From NCBI GenBank assembly GCA_020635725.1, contig JACJZF010000009.1, positions 24,639 to 88,638 on the forward strand: DNA of 64,000 nt, given 5' to 3'. The position numbers and the translations under genes were made by a program. The DNA is from Flavobacteriales bacterium (GTDB lineage Bacteria > Bacteroidota > Bacteroidia > Flavobacteriales_F > PHOS-HE28). A model generated the notes under the pieces. That model was given only the letters and a program-made list of their open reading frames with translations, made no database searches and was not told the DNA's origin. This document shows, one piece after another, positions 54,661 through 64,000 of the stretch (position 1 is its first letter; each line of letters opens with the position of its first letter).

Positions 54661-55443
54661 TCAACCCTGCCTGAGACCGGCGAAGTAGGCCGGTGCCTGC
54701 GTCAACCGGCTGCCGTACCAACTGAAGAGCTCGCCATCCACCAGCTTCACCGGCGTACCCGGGCAGATCATGCTGAACTCGGCGATGTGCTCCTCCTTGA
54801 ATGGAAAAGGCTCGCTGGAGAGCAGGATCACATCGGGGTCGGCTGCCGCTAGCTCAGCGGGCGTCACCTCCGCGTAGCGCTCTGCTTGGTGGGCGAAGAC
54901 ATTGTCGAAGCCGGCGCGTTTCATCATGTCTTGGATGAACGTGTCCCCGCCCGTCACCATGAGCGGATCACGCCAGATGAAGTAGGCCGCGCTGAGCCGT
55001 TCGCCGGGCACGGGCAATCCTTCAAAAGCTGCGCTGATGCGGCGGTTGATCGTTTCGGCGTGAATCTCGGTACCCGTAAATGAGCCGATTGCGGTGATCA
55101 TGGCCCGTGCGTCATTCAGGTCACGGACATCGCTCATCCACACAGGGAACTCATCCTCCAGTGCCTCGATGTCGGCGCGTTCGTTCTCTTCCTTGTTCCC
55201 GATGATCAGGTCGGGCTTCAGTGCGCGCACCTTGTCCATGTCCACCTTCTTCGTGCCTCCGACGCGCGCCTTGCTGCGGAACCACTCCTCAGGGTGCACG
55301 CAGAATTTGGTGATGCCCACCACGCGCTCACCGAGGCCAAGATCGTAGAGCAGTTCAGTCTGGGAGGGGACGAGGGAGATGATGCGCTGGGGATGCATGG
55401 GCACACCGACGCTTCGACCCATCTGATCGGTCACGCGCCTCAT
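54661..55443 (-). CDS. periplasmic-binding-protein-like (TroA/BtuF-type) protein without obvious signal peptide
   Basis: QRIISLVPSQTELLYDLGLGERVVGIT...KALKPDLIIGN...DVILLS matches class III (BtuF/FhuD-like) substrate-binding folds. N-terminus MRRVTDQMGRSVG is not hydrophobic. ATG overlaps the upstream gene stop (ATGA at 55440-55443). Confidence 0.6.
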   Translation of the reverse strand: MRRVTDQMGRSVGVPMHPQRIISLVPSQTELLYDLGLGERVVGITKFCVHPEEWFRSKARVGGTKKVDMDKVRALKPDLIIGNKEENERADIEALEDEFPVWMSDVRDLNDARAMITAIGSFTGTEIHAETINRRISAAFEGLPVPGERLSAAYFIWRDPLMVTGGDTFIQDMMKRAGFDNVFAHQAERYAEVTPAELAAADPDVILLSSEPFPFKEEHIAEFSMICPGTPVKLVDGELFSWYGSRLTQAPAYFAGLRQG

Positions 55444-56747
55444 CGCGGTATGCGGTCTATCCGCAGAAACTCATCCCAATAGCGGGTGCGATCCATGTCC
55501 GCCCAATGGATGCGGTTGTATCGGGCCTGGTAGGTCTGAATCTGGCAGAGCGCTACAAGTACGAGCGCAGCGGCGATGATCCCGTGCCGCCATCGTCCAG
55601 AGGCCTGTTGCACAGCAAGTGCGAAAGGCAGTGCGAAGAGTGGCAGATACTCGATGTACACACGTGAGCCGAAACTGCCACCGTACCACCAGATCCACCA
55701 GCAGGATAGCACATACGTCAGCAAGAGCGTGAATAAGACCCAGGCAACGGCGGCGGATGGCGATCGGCGCCACAAGTAATAGAGGCCGACGCATGACAAG
55801 GCGGTGATTGGGGTGTACACGAAGAGCCCCTTGCGATAGCTGAAGAGCATTTCGAGCATATGCGGTTGGGTCCAATGGAAAGCCTCGGTGCCATAGCTAT
55901 ACACGAACCAATGGCCCGTGGCGGTACGGTAGTACAACAGTTGTATCATGGCAACGGCGCCCAGCGACATCACTGCCTTGATCACAGCCCATGGTGCGCG
56001 CGCCAGAGCGTTGATGCATCGCCGAAACTGAGCCATGTCGTCGAAGAGAATGGGCAAGGCCAGCACGATGAGCGCGTTCACTGGGCGTATCAGGATCATG
56101 GCGCCAAGCAGGGCGCCAAGCCAAACAGCGCGCGATGGTTCTGGGCTGAGGGCCATGCGCCGCGCCAGAAACAGGAGCGCAGAGCACAATCCGAAACTGT
56201 ACGCATGACTCATTCCAGGCGCGGCCACCGAATAGTAGAACAGGTTGGTGCCAAACACGAATACGGCAAGCGTGAACCCGCGGACTCCGTCGCTGATCTC
56301 ATACGTGGCTAGCAATCGCGCCAGGAACCATAGGCCGATGAGCAGGAATGCGATGGCCGACAGATTCACAGCCACCACGTAGGGCTTCGACCAGCCGTTG
56401 GCCTCACCGCCCGTGGCGAGGGCGTAGCCATGCGCGACAAGGAACAGCGGCAACTGCATCAGTGCCGTACCGATGTAATACTTGTTGATGTGCGCGGTAT
56501 CATCGATAAGGACCCGATAATCTTGGAAGCGCGCAGCGTCGAAGTACAGTGCGGCCTCACTGGAATCCGCAGCCCCGAAGTTCGGGTCGTGCTGAAGCAG
56601 CAAGGAGGGCAGATAAGCGTGATAGGCCCACGAGTCGCTTTGGAGCACGGTGCGGTAGTGCTCGCCGCCCCAGTTGATGTTGGAGCTGGAGAAGAGCAGG
56701 GTCGCGGCAATCAGCACCAACGCCCAGTACGTGGCTTTCACGGGCAC
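55440..56747 (-). CDS. polytopic membrane glycosyltransferase (GT39/ArnT/PMT-like)
   Basis: About 11 TM helices, with the Trp/Tyr-rich composition typical of GT-C fold dolichyl/undecaprenyl-phosphate-sugar transferases (YYIGTALMQLPLFLVAHGY...). The call rests on fold-level resemblance only. Confidence 0.55.
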   Translation of the reverse strand: MPVKATYWALVLIAATLLFSSSNINWGGEHYRTVLQSDSWAYHAYLPSLLLQHDPNFGAADSSEAALYFDAARFQDYRVLIDDTAHINKYYIGTALMQLPLFLVAHGYALATGGEANGWSKPYVVAVNLSAIAFLLIGLWFLARLLATYEISDGVRGFTLAVFVFGTNLFYYSVAAPGMSHAYSFGLCSALLFLARRMALSPEPSRAVWLGALLGAMILIRPVNALIVLALPILFDDMAQFRRCINALARAPWAVIKAVMSLGAVAMIQLLYYRTATGHWFVYSYGTEAFHWTQPHMLEMLFSYRKGLFVYTPITALSCVGLYYLWRRSPSAAVAWVLFTLLLTYVLSCWWIWWYGGSFGSRVYIEYLPLFALPFALAVQQASGRWRHGIIAAALVLVALCQIQTYQARYNRIHWADMDRTRYWDEFLRIDRIPR

Positions 56748-56786
56748 CGGCTCCAGGTGTGCATGGATCGGGTCACCTGAGGAGCA

Positions 56787-58142
56787 TCACTTCAACTTCC
56801 CAATGATGTCCTGCTTCGTCAGAATGCCGTAGCCATTGTGCTGTTCGACCAGTACTGCCGGTGAGCCGTCCCCCAGCTTCTTGGCCACTTCCTCCAAGGT
56901 CGCGTCGAGCTTGAGCACGGGCAATGCCGGTCCCATCACCACGCGTGCCTTCTGCGTGCGCACTTCAGCGTCCTCGAGGATGGCGTCGAAGAGACGTGCA
57001 TCGGTGATGGTGCCCACGGGCTTGCCGGCTTCGAACACCGGCAGCTGGTCGATGTTGTGCTTGCGCATCTTATCGATGGCCACGAGCACGGGCTCATCGG
57101 CCTCCACGCTCAGCAAAGCCAGATCCTTGCCCTTGAGCAGGTCGCCGGCGGTGGGTTTCTCTTCCACGAGGAATCCGCGTTCACGCATCCAGTCGTCGTT
57201 GAACATCTTACCCACATAGCGGCTGCCGTGGTCGTGCAGGATCACCACCACGGTCTCGCCCTTCTTGAAGTTGTCCTTCAGCTGGATGAGGCCGGCCATG
57301 GCGGCGCCGGCGCTGTTGCCCACGAAGATGGCCTCGTCCTTCACGATCTTCCGGGTGTAGATCGCGGCGTCGCGGTCGGTCACCTTCTCGAAGTGGTCGA
57401 TCAGGCTCATGTCCACGTTGGCAGGCACGAAGTCCTCGCCGATGCCTTCCGTGATGTACGGGTAGATCTCGTTCTTGTCGAACTCGCCAGTTTCCTTCAG
57501 TTTCTTGAACACCGAGCCGTAGGTGTCGATGCCCCAGACCTTCAAGTTCGGGATCTTCTCTTTCAGGTAGCGCGCGGTGCCGCAAATGGTGCCGCCCGTG
57601 CCCACGCCCACCACCAAGTGGTCAATCTTGCCGTCGGTCTGTTCCCAGATCTCGGGCCCGGTGGTCTCGTAATGCGCTTGCGCGTTGCTCGGGTTGTCGT
57701 ACTGGTTGGCCTTCCAGCTGTTGGGCGTCTCGGTGACCAGTCGCGAGGAGACCGAGTAGTAGGAGCGGGGGTCCTCCGGATCCACATTGGTGGGGCACAC
57801 GATCACCTCGGCACCGAAGGCGCGCAGGATGTCCACCTTCTCCTTGCTCTGCTTGTCGGTGGTGGTGAAGATGCACTTGTAGCCTTTGATGATGGCTGCG
57901 ATGGCGAGGCCCATGCCCGTGTTGCCGCTGGTGCCCTCGATGATCGTGTAGCCGGGCTTGAGCAGGCCGGCCTTCTCGGCATCCTCCACCATCTTCAGGG
58001 CCATGCGGTCCTTGATGCTGTTGCCGGGGTTGAAGGTCTCGACCTTGGCGAGGACGGTGGCGGCTACGTCCTTGGTGATCTTGTTGAGGCGCACCATGGG
58101 CGTGTTGCCGATGGTGCTCAGGATGTTCTCGTGGATCTTCAT
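56787..58142 (-). CDS. cystathionine beta-synthase (PLP-dependent CysK-like domain fused to tandem CBS domains)
   Basis: TPMVRLNKI...NPGNSIKDRMALKMVEDAEKAGLLKPG..TIIEGTSGNTGMGLA (PLP-lysine and glycine-rich loop) plus a C-terminal CBS pair. Confidence 0.85.
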   Translation of the reverse strand: MKIHENILSTIGNTPMVRLNKITKDVAATVLAKVETFNPGNSIKDRMALKMVEDAEKAGLLKPGYTIIEGTSGNTGMGLAIAAIIKGYKCIFTTTDKQSKEKVDILRAFGAEVIVCPTNVDPEDPRSYYSVSSRLVTETPNSWKANQYDNPSNAQAHYETTGPEIWEQTDGKIDHLVVGVGTGGTICGTARYLKEKIPNLKVWGIDTYGSVFKKLKETGEFDKNEIYPYITEGIGEDFVPANVDMSLIDHFEKVTDRDAAIYTRKIVKDEAIFVGNSAGAAMAGLIQLKDNFKKGETVVVILHDHGSRYVGKMFNDDWMRERGFLVEEKPTAGDLLKGKDLALLSVEADEPVLVAIDKMRKHNIDQLPVFEAGKPVGTITDARLFDAILEDAEVRTQKARVVMGPALPVLKLDATLEEVAKKLGDGSPAVLVEQHNGYGILTKQDIIGKLK

Positions 58143-58199
58143 TGCGGCCGTGAAGGTAGCCCGGTCCGGCCGTCGTGTAGGGGCGTAACATGCCCCACT

Positions 58200-59786
58200 C
58201 TACGCGAAACGGATGGCCTTAGCCGGGGCGATCCGCGTCACAAGCATGCTCGGAATCAGTAATGCCAGCACGCAGATGATCAGGGTGCCGAGATTCAGCA
58301 CCAGCACGGCCATGGGGTCGATGTCGATGACCACGGTGTCCACGTAATAAGTCTCGACGGGCAGTTTCACCAGCCCGAAACGCTGTTGGAGGAATGCCAG
58401 GAACAGGCCGAGCAGATCACCGAGCAGGATGCCCGTGCCAAGGATGTAGGCCGCGTCGATCAGGAACACGCGCCGCACGGTGCGGTTCGCTGCGCCCAAG
58501 GCTTTCAATGTGCCGATCATGCTGGTGCGCTCCAGTATGATGATGAGCAATGCGCTGGTCATATTGATGATGGCGACGATCACCATCAGCACGATGATCA
58601 CGATGACGTTCTTGTCCAGGAGCTCCAGCCAGGCGAAGATCTCCGGGAAGCGGTCGCGCACGCTGAGCGATCTCAGGTTAGGGGGCAGATACTTGGTGTA
58701 AACCAGGTCGTCCATCGCCATCACATCCTCGAAGCGGTCCAGCAGCACCTCGAAGCCGCCGCAGTACTTGTCATAGCTCCCGCCGCTGCCGCTGCGTTCC
58801 ACCCGGATTCCATGAACGACCAATTCCGTGCCCAGGCTTGTCACTTGATGCATGACTGGGTCCGGTATGATGCGCACCGCTGCCGTGTCAGGTAGCGTGC
58901 GGTCCGCATCGTGCACCACGAGCGTGAACACCGTGTCCTTCGGCGCCCTTCCCATTGGGCCATGCGGGAAATTGGCCACGTGCCTTTCATAGAGATGTAC
59001 CCGATGCGGACCAGGCCCCTCGAGATTCGTCCCTAGCCATTCATAGGTATAGATCCGGTCGCCGCCGAAGGCTCTTCCCTCCAGGGTGATGAATCCTCCG
59101 TCGAGCTCCCCCACAGCGATCTCGGCCTTCAAGCCCCATTGCGCGAATCGCTGGAGATGGTCGATGTCCACGAACACGAGGTTGTGGTCGATCTGCTCCA
59201 GCCCTGTCTGGTACACGCCGCACACGCGGAACTTCCTCGGTCGGATGTCATCGCGGCCGCGCACGAGGTAGGTGGTGATGGTGTCGTCGGTGCCGATCCG
59301 TAGCCGGTCGGCGTGGTGCTTCGAGAGCAGCAGATCGATGGGGCGTGTGGTATCGCCGATGGCGGGCAGGTCGCCATTCAATAAGTGCGCACGCAGGAAA
59401 CCGGTGTCGTAATCCGCGCCGATGCCCTTGAGGACAACCCCTTCGATGTCCGTCTCCGTCTCGATGATGCCTGGCCGTGTGGCATACACTTGGATATGGG
59501 CCACACCGGGCACGGTGTCCAACGACGGGTAGAACGATTGGTTGATGGGTATGCGGATGGTCTCCTTGGGATCGGTCTGGCCGATGGCCGTGATCTGCAG
59601 GTGCGCGGCCGCCCCGGTTACTTTCGCCCGCACCTCACGCTGGAAGCCGCGCGTGATGCCCACCGTGAGGATCATGACCGCCATGCCAACAACTATTCCG
59701 AGCACAGCGATGAGGACGATGGGACGCGAGAACCCGGTTGATGTTCCGCGCACGATGCGGCGAGCGATGAAGTGCGCGAATCCCAC
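58200..59786 (-). CDS. LolE/FtsX-family ABC transporter permease (start codon uncertain)
   Basis: FAHFIARRIVRGTSTGFSRPIVLIAVLGIVVGMAVMILTVGITRGF is the typical LolC/E N-terminus. C-terminal FtsX domain (TLKALGAANRTVRRVFLIDAAYILGTG...). The open frame has no ATG upstream of the first TM helix. GTG at 59784-59786 gives M-GFAHFIARRI..., a canonical N-terminus. Confidence 0.6.
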   Translation of the reverse strand: MGFAHFIARRIVRGTSTGFSRPIVLIAVLGIVVGMAVMILTVGITRGFQREVRAKVTGAAAHLQITAIGQTDPKETIRIPINQSFYPSLDTVPGVAHIQVYATRPGIIETETDIEGVVLKGIGADYDTGFLRAHLLNGDLPAIGDTTRPIDLLLSKHHADRLRIGTDDTITTYLVRGRDDIRPRKFRVCGVYQTGLEQIDHNLVFVDIDHLQRFAQWGLKAEIAVGELDGGFITLEGRAFGGDRIYTYEWLGTNLEGPGPHRVHLYERHVANFPHGPMGRAPKDTVFTLVVHDADRTLPDTAAVRIIPDPVMHQVTSLGTELVVHGIRVERSGSGGSYDKYCGGFEVLLDRFEDVMAMDDLVYTKYLPPNLRSLSVRDRFPEIFAWLELLDKNVIVIIVLMVIVAIINMTSALLIIILERTSMIGTLKALGAANRTVRRVFLIDAAYILGTGILLGDLLGLFLAFLQQRFGLVKLPVETYYVDTVVIDIDPMAVLVLNLGTLIICVLALLIPSMLVTRIAPAKAIRFA

Positions 59787-59793
59787 GGTTGCG

Positions 59794-60996
59794 ATGATGC
59801 GGACGAAGATAGCGGCGCTGATCCTGGCGCTTCCATATGCCGCTTTCGCGCAGCGTCCTATTGTCGTGCACGCCGGTTCCAAGCCGGAGATCACCGTGGG
59901 CGCGGCACGCACGGACGAGTATCTGCCCTTGGTAAGCAACCAGCGTGTCGCGGTGGTGACCAACCACACGGGCATGATCGGGTCCACTCACTTGGTTGAT
60001 TCACTGGTGGCGCTGGGGGTGAAGGTGACCAAGGTGTTCGCCCCGGAGCACGGCTTCAGAGGCGATGCCGATGCAGGCGAGCACGTGAAGGACCAGCGAG
60101 ACTCGCGCACGGGTTTGCCGGTCGTTTCGCTATACGGCAAGAACAAGAAGCCGACAGCGCAGCAACTCGCCGATGTCGATGTGCTGCTCTTCGACATTCA
60201 GGACGTAGGGGCACGCTTCTACACCTACATCAGTACGCTTCACTACGTGATGGAGGCGGCGCAGGAGAACCAACGCAAGGTGATCGTGCTCGACCGCCCA
60301 AATCCGAATGGCTTCTATGTGGATGGCCCCGTGCTCGACACCGCGTACCGCTCGTTCGTGGGTATGCACCCGGTACCGATCGTGCATGGCATGACCATCG
60401 GGGAGTACGCGCGCATGATCAATGGCGAGGGATGGTTGAAGGCTGGCCGGCGTTGCGATCTCACCATCATCGAGTGCCTCGGGTATGACCATTCGCAGTT
60501 CGTCGCGCTCGATTCGAGGCCATCGCCGAACCTGCCGAACATGGCCAGCATCTATCTCTATCCCTCCATTTGCCTGTTCGAGGGCACCGTGGTGAGCGTG
60601 GGTCGTGGAACCGATGCGCCTTTCCAGGTCATCGGTTATCCGGGTAATCCGGTCGGTCAGTTTCGGTTCACGCCGCGCAGCCTTTCAGGCGCTAAGGATC
60701 CGCTTTATCTCGGGAAGGAGTGCCAGGGCATCGATCTGCGTGAGTTCGGCGTGTTCCAGAGCCGCATGGAGAAGCGGATCCGGCTTCAATGGCTCATCGG
60801 ACTTTACCAGGAGAGCACCTCCAAGAAGACGTATTTCAACGCGTTCTTCGATAAGCTCGCCGGCGGGAAGGATCTGCGTGAGCGCATCATCCGAGGCGAG
60901 GATGAGGAGACGATCAGGGCCTCCTGGCAAAGCGGATTGCGCGCGTTCATGATCACCCGTCGGAAGTATCTCCTCTACGCGGACTTCGTGCCCTGA
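59794..60996 (+). CDS. DUF1343-family protein (NamZ-like exo-beta-N-acetylmuramidase family)
   Basis: Start ATG 59794 (MMRTKIAALILALPYAAFAQ signal peptide). DUF1343-like conserved stretch (VAVVTNHTGMIGSTHLVDSLVALGVKVTKVFAPEHGFRGDADAGEHV...LLFDIQDVGARFYTYISTL...). Confidence 0.7.
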   Translation: MMRTKIAALILALPYAAFAQRPIVVHAGSKPEITVGAARTDEYLPLVSNQRVAVVTNHTGMIGSTHLVDSLVALGVKVTKVFAPEHGFRGDADAGEHVKDQRDSRTGLPVVSLYGKNKKPTAQQLADVDVLLFDIQDVGARFYTYISTLHYVMEAAQENQRKVIVLDRPNPNGFYVDGPVLDTAYRSFVGMHPVPIVHGMTIGEYARMINGEGWLKAGRRCDLTIIECLGYDHSQFVALDSRPSPNLPNMASIYLYPSICLFEGTVVSVGRGTDAPFQVIGYPGNPVGQFRFTPRSLSGAKDPLYLGKECQGIDLREFGVFQSRMEKRIRLQWLIGLYQESTSKKTYFNAFFDKLAGGKDLRERIIRGEDEETIRASWQSGLRAFMITRRKYLLYADFVP

Positions 60997-61001
60997 AAGC
61001 A

Positions 61002-61031
61002 GCGGCCCCCACCGTTTCCGATGGGGGCCGC
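61002..61031. terminator. bidirectional terminator hairpin between convergent genes
   Basis: gcggccccca-ccgtttccga-tgggggccgc is a perfect 10-bp GC-rich stem. Confidence 0.5.
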
Positions 61032-61051
61032 GCTTCAGAGGATCCTATGCC

Positions 61052-64000
61052 TTACGGCTGAATCACCAGTCGCTCGGTGTGCACCGTGCTTCCGGCGGTG
61101 ATGTTCACCAGGTACATGCCCGTGGCGAGTTCACCGTTCAGCTCCAGCACCGTGTTGAGGTAGCCATCCTGCACCGCGATGGTGCGGGCCGCTACGCGCT
61201 TGCCAAAGCCGTCGTAGATATCGACGCTCACGGTGTTCACGCCCTCTTCAACCTGCGTGAGGTTGATCAGGAGCTGATCGCCGTGGTTCGGGTTCGGGTA
61301 CATGGTGAGCGCGCCGTTCAGGTCATTGCCCTGCAGAGCGATGCTCGCGTTGCCACCGGTGAGGCAATTGTTGGTGGTGATCATGCACACATCGCCCCAA
61401 GCGGGGTCGTTGAGGCCGGCACCGCCCATGTTGCACCATGTCGCGCCGTTGTCGAAGCTGGCGCGCACATCCACCTCATAGGTCTTGCCGCATTCCAAAC
61501 CGATGGTGTTCACCCAGTACTGTCCCGTCGCGCTCGTCTTCACCAGCACGAAGTTCTCCGCGACGATGCGGAAGCGGAACTGGTAGCGGTTGGCGTTCAG
61601 GTAGGTGCAGTTGGCCTGCATGCGCTTCACCGGGCGAGCGTGCACGTAGGCGTTCGCGGCCACATCACGGAACTGGCCGCAGCTCAGGAACTGATTACCC
61701 GGGATGTCCATCAGGTGAGCGTTCGGGCATTGCGCAGCGGCATCATCGAGCATGAAGCGAGAGGCCTGGCCCCAAGGGAGGAAGGTGCCATTGACACGGC
61801 CGCGCACCTTCACGTTGTAGAGCACGCCCTGCTGCAGCTGATTGCCGCTCCAGTTGTTCAGCTTGAAGCCGCAGGCGCGCGTGGCGCTCACGGGCAGGCC
61901 GTTGTTGGTGCTATGGCTCTGGAATCGACGGAAGCTGTATCCGCCATTGGGGTCGAACCACCACATCTGATAGCCGCTGGTGGCATTGCTCACGCCGTAT
62001 TGGGCGGTCACCGCAGGATTGTCGTTGGCGTAGATGTACTCCGCATTGCAGGGGCCCACGCGCCAGTCGATCTTATCCGTGCTGGTGAAGATCACGCGAT
62101 CGTCGCCCATGGGCAGGCAGAAGCCCAGGTTGTTGGCGATCTGGCTCACGAAACCATCGCTGAAGCCGCCGTTGCCGTATGCATCGCGCTTGTTGTCGAT
62201 GATGCGGCGCTGGGCTCCGCCCTGCTCGCGCAGCACGTATCCGCCGTAGTCCATGCCGTCGCCGAAGTCATCGAGGAACACCAGGTAGTAGCAGCCGTCG
62301 GGCAGGCAACCGAAGGTGGTCTGGCCCGTGGCGTCGTTCACCAGGCCGCTGCCGGAAACAGCCACCACGTTGGTGCCTTCAGCGCGGATCTCCCAGTGGG
62401 TGTTGTCCTCCTCCACGAAGGAGTCGTTGTCGGTCTCAACGGTCACGCCGTTCGCGGGGCAAGCGTTGTTGTTGTCGCCGCAGCTGATCGTCATCACCAC
62501 GCTGCCGGTGTTCGTGCCGAAGCCGGTCACGTACACATAGTAGGTTTCAGTGGCGCTTCCGGCGAAGGTCACCAGACTGGTGGTGCCAGCGCCATCGTCA
62601 TCATCGCCGTCAACACAAACAAGTGCACCGCAGGTACCCGTGTACACGGCCAGCTTGGTATCAAAGCTGCTTCCGCTCAGGTCAATGGTCATGGTGCCAT
62701 CCCATCCCTGCAGGGTGTACCAGATGCCACCAGCGGTGTTTATGGAATAGCCACCGCAGGTGGTCGCCGGAGCGCCCGTGGTGGTGGCGTTCACCGTGGT
62801 CGCGTTCGTGACGCTGTTGCAGCTCACCATGATCGCGTCCGCACAGAGGTCATTCGCGGGCGGGCATGTGTAGCTCACGCTGTTCAGGGTCGCGTCGCAG
62901 CTATTGTCGCCTGCATGCGTGAGGGTCACCACCACCACATCGCCATTGGCGAAGCCGGTAAGTGTCGTGATACCGAGGGAGTTCACCACTACTGCGGTCT
63001 GAGGCACGGCATTCACCGTGTAGTCGATGGTCACGCTGCTCTCGGGTACGCTCAGGGTCTCCCCGAAGCCGGTCACGTCCACATCCACATTGAATCCGCC
63101 CGGGCAGTTCGGAACCGCTACGGCGGTGCCCGTAGCTGGCAGGCACGCCGGGGGCGCGCAGCTGGAGGTGCCGCTCCACTTCACGCCAAGGCTGGCGGTG
63201 CTATTGGCGCTGGTCCAGTTGATCTGCGGGCAGTTCGGGCTGGTGCTCGTGCCGCGGAAGTCATACAGCAGGATGCCATTCGCATCGAAGAACTGCAGGG
63301 CCTTTTCCGTCGTGAAGGAACCGAGAACGGTCCACTCGAGCTCCAGTGAAGAGCCTTCGCACACAGGAACGGAGATGTCCACGTAGCCCGTGCCGCCGTT
63401 GCAGCCGCTGGTCAATTGGGGGCCAAGGGTGGCGATGGTGACGCCATTCTCCTTCACTTCCCACACGCTGCCATCCCAGCCATCGCCGTAGATGTCGCCG
63501 ATACGGGCGGTGTAGTTGCAGGACGTGCCGCCGCAAAGCGTCGTGAAGCTCGTGGGGATGCTGTTCGGGCTGTAATCAGGGCCTGGGCAAACCTCCCGCA
63601 CGTACACTTGGTAAGCGGTGAGCGCTGAAAGCCCGGTGAGCGTGACAGGACTGCCTGCCACCGGTGAACCGGTCCAGATCGTGCCACCAACGCCTGCAGT
63701 GCCATCGGTGCCGGGTGTGAAGCCTGGTGCGCCGTATTCCACGATGTAGGTTCCTGTGCAGCTCGTGCATGTCCAAGCGATATCCGCACCGTCACCGGTA
63801 GCGTTGCTGGCACCAGCGCCCGTAGGAGCTTGGCAGGTGGGAACGGCGGTCATCGCGATGTTGTCCACGAAGCAGTCGTTGCCATAGTCGGAAATGCCTA
63901 GGAAGCGCACCCTGTTCGTGCCAGCCGATAGCGGGAAGGCAAGGCTTGTCCACTGAGCCGCGCTTGGCGTGAATGCTCCGCTGGAAGTGCCCCCGTTGGT
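61052..64000 (-). CDS. large Cys/Gly/Thr-rich secreted protein with T9SS C-terminal sorting domain (partial; N-terminus beyond window end)
   Basis: The frame is open to the window end; the 63910 start in the supplied track is only an internal GTG. C-terminus is MYPNPNHGDQLLINLTQVEEG...GMYLVNITAGSTVHTERLVIQP, a T9SS CTD. Body has numerous paired cysteines, suggesting repeated disulfide-bonded beta domains. Confidence 0.65.
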   Translation of the reverse strand, partial: TNGGTSSGAFTPSAAQWTSLAFPLSAGTNRVRFLGISDYGNDCFVDNIAMTAVPTCQAPTGAGASNATGDGADIAWTCTSCTGTYIVEYGAPGFTPGTDGTAGVGGTIWTGSPVAGSPVTLTGLSALTAYQVYVREVCPGPDYSPNSIPTSFTTLCGGTSCNYTARIGDIYGDGWDGSVWEVKENGVTIATLGPQLTSGCNGGTGYVDISVPVCEGSSLELEWTVLGSFTTEKALQFFDANGILLYDFRGTSTSPNCPQINWTSANSTASLGVKWSGTSSCAPPACLPATGTAVAVPNCPGGFNVDVDVTGFGETLSVPESSVTIDYTVNAVPQTAVVVNSLGITTLTGFANGDVVVVTLTHAGDNSCDATLNSVSYTCPPANDLCADAIMVSCNSVTNATTVNATTTGAPATTCGGYSINTAGGIWYTLQGWDGTMTIDLSGSSFDTKLAVYTGTCGALVCVDGDDDDGAGTTSLVTFAGSATETYYVYVTGFGTNTGSVVMTISCGDNNNACPANGVTVETDNDSFVEEDNTHWEIRAEGTNVVAVSGSGLVNDATGQTTFGCLPDGCYYLVFLDDFGDGMDYGGYVLREQGGAQRRIIDNKRDAYGNGGFSDGFVSQIANNLGFCLPMGDDRVIFTSTDKIDWRVGPCNAEYIYANDNPAVTAQYGVSNATSGYQMWWFDPNGGYSFRRFQSHSTNNGLPVSATRACGFKLNNWSGNQLQQGVLYNVKVRGRVNGTFLPWGQASRFMLDDAAAQCPNAHLMDIPGNQFLSCGQFRDVAANAYVHARPVKRMQANCTYLNANRYQFRFRIVAENFVLVKTSATGQYWVNTIGLECGKTYEVDVRASFDNGATWCNMGGAGLNDPAWGDVCMITTNNCLTGGNASIALQGNDLNGALTMYPNPNHGDQLLINLTQVEEGVNTVSVDIYDGFGKRVAARTIAVQDGYLNTVLELNGELATGMYLVNITAGSTVHTERLVIQP

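Noticed and set aside
61079-63349. 756-aa plus-strand ORF
   Set aside because: It lies antisense to the Cys-rich T9SS protein. The minus frame carries a recognisable T9SS C-terminal domain and protein-like composition.

Overview
This 64 kb window is a high-G+C chromosomal segment of Bacteroidota type, gene-dense on both strands. Three things point to Bacteroidota: (1) the conserved block rpsU - xerC-like integrase - hpf - tRNA(Thr,Tyr,Gly,Thr) - tuf - tRNA-Trp - secE - nusG - rplK - rplA - rplJ - rplL - rpoB - rpoC - DUF3467 at 36.4-52.0 kb; (2) TTTG / TAnnTTTG promoter motifs at the spacing typical of this phylum; (3) four secreted proteins that end in type-IX secretion (T9SS) C-terminal sorting domains. 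The rest is mostly housekeeping: a LytS/LytTR two-component pair, folA-thyA, a ClC channel, an MBOAT/DltD-like acyltransferase pair, a NupC nucleoside transporter, etfBA, an E1-beta subunit, two tRNAs on the minus strand, a mutS-yfhO operon, an NSS transporter with a small coupled ORF, a ComEA-like protein, apt, an acyl-CoA dehydrogenase, a patatin-like lipase, a GT39-like glycosyltransferase, cystathionine beta-synthase, a LolE/FtsX-like permease and a NamZ/DUF1343 protein. No CRISPR array, IS element, prophage or recognisable defence system was seen. The most unusual items are: a 375-bp tandem array of palindrome-bearing ~53-bp repeats at a convergent gene junction (9.66-10.04 kb); a giant T9SS beta-helix gene split by a frameshift near 30.06 kb, which heads a compositionally mosaic, translationally coupled three-gene T9SS cargo block (29.9-36.4 kb); a 47-codon ORF (absent from the supplied ORF track) coupled to the NSS transporter; and two further ATGA-coupled gene pairs. 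Many long ORFs in the supplied track lie antisense to clearly real genes, as expected at this G+C, and were rejected.
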